From NCBI GenBank assembly GCA_965204375.1, contig OZ241986.1, positions 5,632,001 to 5,696,000 of the forward strand: DNA of 64,000 nucleotides, given 5' to 3'. The notes beneath the pieces are model-generated. The model ran no database searches. It was not told where the DNA came from and was given only the letters and a program-made list of their open reading frames with translations. The position numbers and the translations under genes are program-made. Positions 31,900 to 39,880 of this stretch are shown here, one piece after another; positions within the stretch are counted from its first letter, which is position 1; the number at the start of each line of letters is the position of its first letter. This DNA comes from Candidatus Latescibacterota bacterium. Its GTDB lineage: Bacteria; Latescibacterota; UBA2968.

Positions 31900-32736
31900 A
31901 TGGCTTATAAATTTCAACCCGATAAGATGTATCGCATGCCCACGCATTTTGGCCCGCTTATGGGTCCTCGCCAGGGGCCAGATGGTCGCAAATTTGAATG
32001 TGTGGATAATCCGAAGAATACTTCAATTTCGGTGTCGTTTCTTTCAGATGCGAAACAGCTCAAGGCGCTTTTGCCCGATTGTTTTGAACTCGGCAGGGAG
32101 CCTGTTGTGTCGGTATATGCCAATTATATGAAGGAAATTGAATGGCTGGCAGGGCGCGGTTACAATATTCTGGGTGTTTCTTTTCCGGCGGTGTTTAAGG
32201 GGGCGAGAGACCATGTTCGCGGGCCTTTTCTTTCCGTGCTCTGGGAAAATCTCTGTGATCCGATTATCACCGGGCGTGAGGAACTCGGGTTTTCGAAAAT
32301 TTATTGCGAGATGCCCGAGCCGCGTATTACGAGCAGTGAAGCGCAAGCTGTTGCGGGTTGGTTGGGGTTCAATTTTCTGGATATTTCGGTGACTAATCTG
32401 AGGCCACCGTCTGAAAATCCGACACCTGCGAAGGGCGGTGGCGGGAAGGTCGATGGGACGCTTCACTACAAATATATGCCCCGAACAGGCGTATGGGGTA
32501 AGGAGGATATTGCCTATCCGGTTATTACGCCAGCAAAGGGGGGGCATCGAAAGGTTGAGGAACATCTGGTTGGCGATGGGTGTATTACGTGGAACCGCGC
32601 GCGTTGGGAAGATTTGCCTACGATGTATAATATTGTCAATGCGCTGGCCGATTTGGAGGTTGTGGAGTATTTGGGCGGGTCGCTTACGCGCACGGTTGGT
32701 GGCAAGGATTTGAGCGATCAGCGCATTCTGTACTAA
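31900..32736 (+). CDS. Acetoacetate decarboxylase family protein
   Basis: WLAGRGYN and PIITGREELGFSK motifs (Schiff-base Lys position). Confidence 0.8.
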   Translation: MAYKFQPDKMYRMPTHFGPLMGPRQGPDGRKFECVDNPKNTSISVSFLSDAKQLKALLPDCFELGREPVVSVYANYMKEIEWLAGRGYNILGVSFPAVFKGARDHVRGPFLSVLWENLCDPIITGREELGFSKIYCEMPEPRITSSEAQAVAGWLGFNFLDISVTNLRPPSENPTPAKGGGGKVDGTLHYKYMPRTGVWGKEDIAYPVITPAKGGHRKVEEHLVGDGCITWNRARWEDLPTMYNIVNALADLEVVEYLGGSLTRTVGGKDLSDQRILY

Positions 32737-33560
32737 TGCACCATGGCCGCTCCGCCCGATATGCTGATTGCCTGTCCGGTCATGTAATCGCCATCGGGAG
32801 AGGCCAAAAATGCAGCGACGTTTGCGACATCTTCTGGCTGTCCAATGCGTCCGAGTGGGTTGTTCTGAGAGGAGCGTTCGACCATTTGCGCTCTAAAGTC
32901 TTCGATTGATGTTCCGCTGGGCTTTAGTCCGCTGGCTATGCCGTGCAGGCGTTCGGTTTCGATGAGGCCGGGGCAAATTGCGTTGACCTGAATGCCGTAG
33001 GGTCCCATTTCCTGGGCGAGGCATTGCGTGAACCCGATGACGGCAAATTTTGAAGAGCAATAGGCCGCGAATCTGGCGATTCCGCGCAGTCCCGAGGTTG
33101 ATGAGATGTTGATAATTTTGCCCCCATTATTCCGTTTGATGAGGTGGCGGACAACGGCGCGGGAACATAAGAAGGTGCCTTTGACATTTACGCGTTGAAC
33201 ATGGTCGAAGATGTCTTCTTCTAATTCGGCAACGGGTACGCGGTCCGGTCCGGCGGGGGCACCCGCGTTGTTGACGAGGATGTCGATTTTGCCAAAGCGC
33301 GCGAGTGCGGTGTTCACCATTTGTTCGACTTGCTCTGCGCTGGTGACATCGACTTCTGTTGCGAGAACCCTCCGCCCCATTGCTTCGATTTCTTTGGCAA
33401 CCGCGGGCAATCCGGCCCAGTCGCCGCGGGCATTTGCATCTATATCACAGATAACAATATCAGCGCCTTCTCGCGCAAAACGCAACGCTATTGCGCGTCC
33501 GATTCCGTGTTCACCACCAGCACCGGTTATCAGGGCTACTTTGTTTTTGAGATTGGACAT
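32733..33560 (-). CDS. Short-chain dehydrogenase/reductase
   Basis: TGAG..GIG, VNNAG and YCSSK motifs. Confidence 0.93.
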   Translation of the reverse strand: MSNLKNKVALITGAGGEHGIGRAIALRFAREGADIVICDIDANARGDWAGLPAVAKEIEAMGRRVLATEVDVTSAEQVEQMVNTALARFGKIDILVNNAGAPAGPDRVPVAELEEDIFDHVQRVNVKGTFLCSRAVVRHLIKRNNGGKIINISSTSGLRGIARFAAYCSSKFAVIGFTQCLAQEMGPYGIQVNAICPGLIETERLHGIASGLKPSGTSIEDFRAQMVERSSQNNPLGRIGQPEDVANVAAFLASPDGDYMTGQAISISGGAAMVH

Positions 33561-33584
33561 TTCTTTCCTTTCGTATATAAGGCG

Positions 33585-33708
33585 CGAATAGACGAATAGA
33601 CGGAGCGGGGTACAACTGGCCGCCTCTCAGGCCAGTTCATAGACGAATGGCAATACATACTGATTTTGGGAGAATGGGCGGGGTTCGTTGATTCGCAGAT
33701 TCGTTGAT
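33585..33708 (+). repeat. Dispersed repeat element, copy 1 (gacgaata arms plus conserved core), with an internal hairpin insert
   Basis: Shares gacgaatgg..atacaNactgattttgggagNatgggcggggttcgNNgattcgNagattcg with 55717-55811. Confidence 0.85.
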
Positions 33709-33761
33709 GTCTATTATAGCAGGTGAAGGGGAAGAACGCAACAATACCGAGAGGTTGTGTT

Positions 33762-36566
33762 ATGGAATACACTGTTTTGTCAAAGACCGGCTCGACGCGT
33801 GGCACAGCTTATGGGATGAGCAATAAAATTATCACGCATGAGGGCAAGACGCATGTGGTGTGGCTGGATCAGATTCACAAGACGTATGCGGCAACGTATT
33901 GTCACGAGGCCAAAGTGTGGAGCGATCCGGTTTTTGTGGCGGATGGGGTTGATAATCACGCGGGCGCGGCGATGACAATGGATTCTAAGGGGTATCTCTA
34001 TCTCGCGTTTGGTCCGCATCACAATCCGATGCAACACGCGGTGAGTGTACGTCCCAATGATACGTCCAGGTGGAGGATCCTTACCCCTTTTGGCGGTGTG
34101 AATGCGACGTATCCCAGTCTGGTGTGTGGTGCGCGCGATGTGTTGCACGCGTGTTATCGGGGGGCGTATGAGCGCGAGCGACCCTGGGGTCTGTTTTATC
34201 AGAAGCGGTCTGTGGATGGGGATTGGACAGAACCGGTGAAGCTGGTCGATCCGCAGGGACCGTCGGCTTATGTGCATCTTGAGAATTGTATCCATATTGA
34301 AGGGGATGTGCTTTATTTGTCTTTTCACCTTGCGCGGAGTAATGAGGATAATCCGGGAGATACAAAGGGCCGCGGTTTTGGCATTATGCGGTCGCGCGAT
34401 TGGGGTGAGACATGGGAGACTGTGGCGGGGGAGAGGCTCGACTTACCCGTGACGCCAGATTCTCCGTGTGTGATTGAATACAGCGATGGGTTCGATATTC
34501 GCATTGGCAATGTGGTGACCTGTGTGGGCGATGTGGTGCTTTTTACGTTGAACCGGCGAGAGGGCGAGTTTGAGGAGACGTTTTTGTATCGCTGGCAAAA
34601 AGGGGAATGGGAGCGGAAGTCTTTTTTGCCTTTGGCTGAGAAAGTTTTTGGGCGGTGTGCGATGTCAGATCGGTGTGTGTTGAGTGTGTCAAAGGATGGT
34701 GTGCTGTACGCGGCGGGTGTGGTGTGTAAGCGCGGCGGGCATTGGGCCGATCCGACAAATGCTATTGTGTTGTTTGTATCGCGGGATGTGGGTGAGACTT
34801 GGCAGGCGTACCGGGTTTCGCCGGAGGATGAGACGGTGTCGGATTGGTTGCCGAGTTTGGAGCGTTGCGCTACGCCCGAGAACAAGATCGGGGTTCCTCA
34901 GCTTTTGTACACGCACGGTGAAAGAGGTGAGGGATGTAGCCCGGATATCGATACAGAGATTCGGCATGTGTTTTTGGACGAGGTTGCCGAGCGCGAGAAT
35001 GCACTGGTGGATCGCGCGGTGTCGGGTTTGGGAAATATTGCTGGGTTGCCATTTTCCAGGGCGCAATGGAAAAAGGTACGGGGGCAAATTGAAAGGCAGG
35101 GGCGGCAATATGTCGCTTTGCGCAATGTGTCGGTGGGATATGATGTCGAGCCACCTCTGGTGTTTGTGCCGGGGGATGTGCCCGAGGGCGAACAGCAGCC
35201 GTTTGCGCTGAGTGACGCCAATATTGCGCGGCCAGATGCCGATGATGAGCTGGCTTTTTTGCCAGCGAGTTCTCTTGCGCGTTTGATTGAGCAGAGGGAG
35301 ATTTCACCGGTTGAGTTGACGCGGTTGTACCTGGATCGCCTCGCGCGTTATGGCGAGAAGTTGAAGTGTGTGGTTACGCTGACAGAAGATCTGGCGATGG
35401 GACAGGCAAAGGCCGCTGAGGCGGAGATTGCGAGGGGCGATTATAGAGGTCCGTTGCACGGTATTCCCTGGGGTGCGAAAGATTTGTTGAGTACAAAGGG
35501 TATTCGCACGACGTGGGGGGCTACGCCGTTTAGAGATCGGGTGCCGGATGAGGACGCGAGTGTGGTGAAAAAATTGAGACAGGCGGGTGCTGTGCTGGTT
35601 GCCAAGTTGTCACTGGGTGCGCTGGCGTCGGGACCGACGTGGTTTGAGGGTATGACGCGCAATCCGTGGGATACCGAGAAGGGATCGAGCGGGTCGTCAG
35701 CCGGGTCTGGCGCGGCAACCGCGGCGGGATTGGTGGGGTTCAGTATCGGGTCTGAAACGCAAGGTTCTATTGTTTCGCCAAGTCACACATGCGGTGTGGT
35801 GGGGTTGCGCCCGACTTATGGGCGGGTGAGTCGTTATGGGGCTATGGCTCTGAGTTGGACAATGGATAAATTGGGTCCTATGTGCCGCAGTGTAGAGGAT
35901 TGTGCTGCTGTGTTTCACGCGATTTGTGGACCAGATGGCAGGGATCGTTCGGTGGTGGATGCGCCGTTTAACTGGTGTCCCGATGTGGATTTGTCCGGGT
36001 TGCGGATTGGATATCTGGCGTCTGAGTTTCAGAAGGAGGCAGATGGCGAAGATCCCACTGGTGTTTATGCTGAGGCGCTGGACGTGATGCGCGGTTTGGG
36101 CGCTGATTTACAACCCGTTTCGTTGCCGGATTATCCGACGGATGCGATTGCGATGGTGCTTCGGGTTGAGGCTTCCGCGATGTTTGACGATGCAACTCTG
36201 CGCGGAGAACTGGATGTGATGACGGAAGCGGATAAGAGTTCGTGGCCCAATACTTTTCGAGCGGCGCGCACGGTGACGGCTGTGGAGTATTTGCGGGCGC
36301 AGCGTTTGCGTGCTCTGTTGATGCGCGATGTGGCACAGGTGATGCAAGACTGGGATGCGGTGCTGGTGCCGCGCGGTGGAAGGACGAGTTTGGCTGTGAC
36401 CAATTTGACGGGACATCCCGCGATTATTTTGCCTTGTGGGTTTTCTGAGGGTACGCCGAGAGGGTTGACTTTTTTGGGCAATTTATACGATGAGGCGACG
36501 ATTCTCGCGGTTGCACGAGCCTATGAACAGGCTACCGATTGGCACGCGATGCATCCGATAGTATGA
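33762..36566 (+). CDS. BNR/Asp-box beta-propeller fused to an amidase-signature domain
   Basis: N-half has SRDWGETW and SRDVGETW Asp-boxes; C-half has GPLHGIPWGAKD, GSSGSSAGS and GSETQGSIVSP; one continuous ORF. Confidence 0.85.
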   Translation: MEYTVLSKTGSTRGTAYGMSNKIITHEGKTHVVWLDQIHKTYAATYCHEAKVWSDPVFVADGVDNHAGAAMTMDSKGYLYLAFGPHHNPMQHAVSVRPNDTSRWRILTPFGGVNATYPSLVCGARDVLHACYRGAYERERPWGLFYQKRSVDGDWTEPVKLVDPQGPSAYVHLENCIHIEGDVLYLSFHLARSNEDNPGDTKGRGFGIMRSRDWGETWETVAGERLDLPVTPDSPCVIEYSDGFDIRIGNVVTCVGDVVLFTLNRREGEFEETFLYRWQKGEWERKSFLPLAEKVFGRCAMSDRCVLSVSKDGVLYAAGVVCKRGGHWADPTNAIVLFVSRDVGETWQAYRVSPEDETVSDWLPSLERCATPENKIGVPQLLYTHGERGEGCSPDIDTEIRHVFLDEVAERENALVDRAVSGLGNIAGLPFSRAQWKKVRGQIERQGRQYVALRNVSVGYDVEPPLVFVPGDVPEGEQQPFALSDANIARPDADDELAFLPASSLARLIEQREISPVELTRLYLDRLARYGEKLKCVVTLTEDLAMGQAKAAEAEIARGDYRGPLHGIPWGAKDLLSTKGIRTTWGATPFRDRVPDEDASVVKKLRQAGAVLVAKLSLGALASGPTWFEGMTRNPWDTEKGSSGSSAGSGAATAAGLVGFSIGSETQGSIVSPSHTCGVVGLRPTYGRVSRYGAMALSWTMDKLGPMCRSVEDCAAVFHAICGPDGRDRSVVDAPFNWCPDVDLSGLRIGYLASEFQKEADGEDPTGVYAEALDVMRGLGADLQPVSLPDYPTDAIAMVLRVEASAMFDDATLRGELDVMTEADKSSWPNTFRAARTVTAVEYLRAQRLRALLMRDVAQVMQDWDAVLVPRGGRTSLAVTNLTGHPAIILPCGFSEGTPRGLTFLGNLYDEATILAVARAYEQATDWHAMHPIV

Positions 36567-36572
36567 GAGGTG

Positions 36573-37439
36573 TTATTCGTTTAGAATAGATAATAGAAAT
36601 TGTCCATAGCTGTTTTGCGCCATGGTTTGCGCGAGTTGTTCGAGTTGTGCAGCGTCGATGTATTCCTGGCGATAGGCGATTTCTTCGATGCACGCAATTT
36701 TGAGGCCCTGGCGTTCCTGAATCGCCTGCACAAAACCCGATGCCTGGTGAAGCGATTCAAATGTGCCGGTGTCGAGCCAGCAATACCCGCGGCCGAGCAA
36801 TTCGACTTCGAGTTGTTGGCGTTTGAGATATTCTTCGTTCACATCGGTGATTTCGTATTCTCCACGCGCCGAAGGCGTCAGACTTTTGGCGATGTCAACG
36901 ACCTGGTTGTCGTAAAAGTAGAGGCCGGGAACGGCGTAGCGCGATTTGGGGTGTTCGGGTTTTTCTTCTATGCCGATGACGCGGCCCTGGTTGTCAAATT
37001 CGATGACGCCATATCGCTCGGGGTCGGTTACTGCATACCCAAAGATGAGGCCGCCTTTGGTGAGTTTTCCGGCTCGGTGTAATATTTCGCCGAGTCCGTG
37101 GCCGTAGAAGATGTTGTCGCCGAAGATTAAGCAGACTGGGTCGGTGCCTATAAAATCGCTTCCGATCACAAATGACTGGGCAACGCCTTCGGGGCGCGGT
37201 TGCTCGGCATATGTGATGTTGAGGCCGAGATAGGAGCCGTCGTCGAATAAACGCCTGTAGAGGGGCAGGTCGTGGGGGGTGGAGATGATCAATATATCGC
37301 GGATGCCGGCCAGCATGAGGACGGAGAGGGGATAGTAGATCATGGGTTTGTCGTAAACGGGCTGGAGTTGTTTGCTGACCACGCGCGTGATGGGATAGAG
37401 GCGGGTGCCAGCCCCACCTGCGAGTAAGATGCCTTTCAT
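36573..37439 (-). CDS. rfbA: Glucose-1-phosphate thymidylyltransferase
   Basis: [31 protein letters not shown] and WLDTGT motifs. Confidence 0.97.
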   Translation of the reverse strand: MKGILLAGGAGTRLYPITRVVSKQLQPVYDKPMIYYPLSVLMLAGIRDILIISTPHDLPLYRRLFDDGSYLGLNITYAEQPRPEGVAQSFVIGSDFIGTDPVCLIFGDNIFYGHGLGEILHRAGKLTKGGLIFGYAVTDPERYGVIEFDNQGRVIGIEEKPEHPKSRYAVPGLYFYDNQVVDIAKSLTPSARGEYEITDVNEEYLKRQQLEVELLGRGYCWLDTGTFESLHQASGFVQAIQERQGLKIACIEEIAYRQEYIDAAQLEQLAQTMAQNSYGQFLLSILNE

Positions 37440-37554
37440 GTATTGTCTCCTGAGGTTGAGATGTTAAATATGGATACTGGTAGGGGATATTGTCAAGGGG
37501 TAGAACACATGAGGTGGTTTTTGGTTCAGTTTTGGAAATCGCAAGGAGGTGATT

Positions 37555-38382
37555 ATGAGCGATAAAGGGTATGTGAATCCCGAGTTGTTGATTTCGCCGC
37601 GGGATTTGTATGAGAAGGCTGCCGATGTCTGCATTGTGGATACGCGACCGACGCATGCTTATGTCGCCGGGCATATTCCGGGTGCGCTTCATCTGGATCT
37701 TTACGCAATCAGTTTGAACGATACCCGCGAACAGGCTTTTGATGCGTTTATGTGGATGCTCGGTTATTTGTTCAGCAATCGAGGTATTGGTACGGATAAG
37801 ACGGTGGTCTGGTACGAGGATGATTCCGGGGTGCGCGCGTCGCGGGGTTTTTGGATTTGTGAATATCTGGGCCATCCCGATGTGCGCGTGCTGGATGGGG
37901 GATGCAATGCCTGGACGGCCATGGGCTATGAATTGACGAGGGACAGTGAGGAGGCAGAACCTGCGGAGTTTGTCGCAGAGGCGGTGCCGGGGCGTCACAT
38001 GGGGGCTGATGTTTTAAATGGTCTTTTGGAACGCGAGGATGTTGTGCCTCTGGATACGCGCGGTGACGATGAGTATTTCGCACGCAATGTGCGGGCTGCG
38101 CGCGGGGGTGCTATTCCAGGTGCTGTGCATGTTGAGTATGTGAATAATCTGGATGAGACAGGGGCGTTTAAGCCAGCAGATGAGTTGCGGGCGATGTACG
38201 AGGCTGTGGGTATTTCGCCCGATAAGGAAATTGTGCCTTACTGACAGGGCGGGTACCGCTCTTCCCAAACGTACCTGGCATTGCGGTTGCTGGGTTATGA
38301 AAAGGTCCGAAATTATATCGGGTCTTGGAAAGAGTGGGGTGACCGGCTGGATTTGCCGGTCGAAGTGCCTGAAGAGAAGTAA
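37555..38382 (+). CDS. Two-domain rhodanese/sulfurtransferase, probable selenoprotein (UGA at 38242-38244)
   Basis: GHIPGA, VLDGG and GAIPGA motifs; reading through the TGA gives [37 protein letters not shown], which completes the rhodanese signature; TAA at 38380-38382. Confidence 0.88.
38246..38295 (+). promoter_or_regulatory. Candidate SECIS hairpin(s) for the rhodanese UGA
   Basis: AGGGCGG-GUA-CCGCUCU (38246-38262) and ACCUGGCA-UUGCGGU-UGCUGGGU (38273-38295); neither has the canonical spacing. Confidence 0.4.
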
Positions 38383-38401
38383 TACAGGAGGAGACCATAT
38401 C

Positions 38402-39859
38402 TTGGATTATAATAATCGTCCCAATGTTCTCATTTTGATGTCCGATCAACACCGCGCAGATTGGATGACATGTGCGGGTAATAATACGGTGCCCACGCCG
38501 ATGATTGATCGCGTGGCTGCGCGTGGGGTGCGGTTTGAGAATGCCTATTGTCCCTATCCGGTGTGTACGGCTTCGCGTATGTCGCTGTTGACGGGTTTGT
38601 ACGCACATAATACGGGGGCAATTAATAATAGTGATCGGCTGGATTGGCGCTATCGCACGGTGGCACATCATTTTGCGGATCATGGATATTTGACGAGTTT
38701 GATCGGCAAGATGCATTTTAACGATGCACATAATCACGGTTTTGCGTCGTATTTGTCGATTAACGATTGGTTGATGTATTTGGGTCCAAAGGTTGAGCAT
38801 TATGCGAATGAGATTGCCAATCACGCGATAGGCGAAGGATTTTTTGATTCGGTTTTTGATACGGGTAGTGGGTTTCCCGATGTGTCGTTGCTGTGGGATG
38901 GCGCAAGTCCATGGGCGGGCAATGTGGCGCGGTGGGATTTTTCGAGTACGGCTTCGCCGCTTGATGCAGAAGATCATCTGGATATGTTTGTGGCGCGCGA
39001 GTCTGTGAAGTTTATGCGCGAATATCGCGATCAGCCATTTTTTCTGGTGGCGAGTTTTATGAAGCCCCATCCACCTTTTTACCCGCCGCGCGAATGGGCA
39101 GAGCAGTTTCCGCCGGGGTCGGTAGATCTGGTGGAGGTGGGGGATAGTTCGCAATATCCGAGGCATATACAACAGCGTATTGATAGGACGCAGGGTATGG
39201 GTGAAAAGCGGCTTCGGGCGCATAAGGCGGGGTATATGGGCAATCTGGCTTTTGTCGATTATTGCATCGGGCGCGTGCTGGATGGGTTGGAGGAGTTGGG
39301 GTTGGTGGAAGATACGATTGTGGTCTATACTTCGGATCACGGCGAGATGGGCGGTGAGCACGGGTTGTATCAGAAGTTTTGTATGTTTGAGCCTGCGGTG
39401 AAGGTGCCTTTGATTGTGAGTTGTCCTTCTCGTTTTCCAGTGGATCGGGTGGCTTCTGCGTTGACCGAATATTTTGGTCTGTATCCCACGCTTTCAGAGT
39501 TGTGTGGGTTGTCGGCACCCGGTCGGACGACACTAATGGATTTTGATGGTGCTCGCGATACAATGGATGCGAAGAGTTTTGCCAGTATTGTGCGCGATCC
39601 CGATACGTCTGGTCCCGATGCTGCGTTTTCCGAGTTCGGGTTGCGTTCTCCTATCGCCCAGTATATGGTGCGGGCTGAACGGTTTAAATACGTTTATAAC
39701 GATGGTGGTTCGCGGCATGAATTATACGATTTGGAAAATGATCCGGGCGAGTGTAGCAATTTGATCGACAATCGAGATTTTGCGGCTGTTCGCGCGGATT
39801 TGCAGGAGCGATTGTTCGCGTGGTACGATCCTGGTTCCAATCCTTATAGCGAACGGTGA
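38402..39859 (+). CDS. Sulfatase (choline-sulfatase-like)
   Basis: PNVLILMSDQHR, CTASR, GKMH and SDHG motifs; TTG start after AGGAGGAG (the longer ORF extension overlaps the rhodanese 3' end). Confidence 0.9.
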   Translation: MDYNNRPNVLILMSDQHRADWMTCAGNNTVPTPMIDRVAARGVRFENAYCPYPVCTASRMSLLTGLYAHNTGAINNSDRLDWRYRTVAHHFADHGYLTSLIGKMHFNDAHNHGFASYLSINDWLMYLGPKVEHYANEIANHAIGEGFFDSVFDTGSGFPDVSLLWDGASPWAGNVARWDFSSTASPLDAEDHLDMFVARESVKFMREYRDQPFFLVASFMKPHPPFYPPREWAEQFPPGSVDLVEVGDSSQYPRHIQQRIDRTQGMGEKRLRAHKAGYMGNLAFVDYCIGRVLDGLEELGLVEDTIVVYTSDHGEMGGEHGLYQKFCMFEPAVKVPLIVSCPSRFPVDRVASALTEYFGLYPTLSELCGLSAPGRTTLMDFDGARDTMDAKSFASIVRDPDTSGPDAAFSEFGLRSPIAQYMVRAERFKYVYNDGGSRHELYDLENDPGECSNLIDNRDFAAVRADLQERLFAWYDPGSNPYSER

Positions 39860-39880
39860 GATTGAGATATTGGAGGGGCT

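Noticed and set aside
38153-38401. 83-codon N-terminal extension of the sulfatase in the ORF track
   Set aside because: It overlaps the read-through 3' end of the rhodanese; a strong RBS and TTG at 38402 give a normal sulfatase N-terminus.
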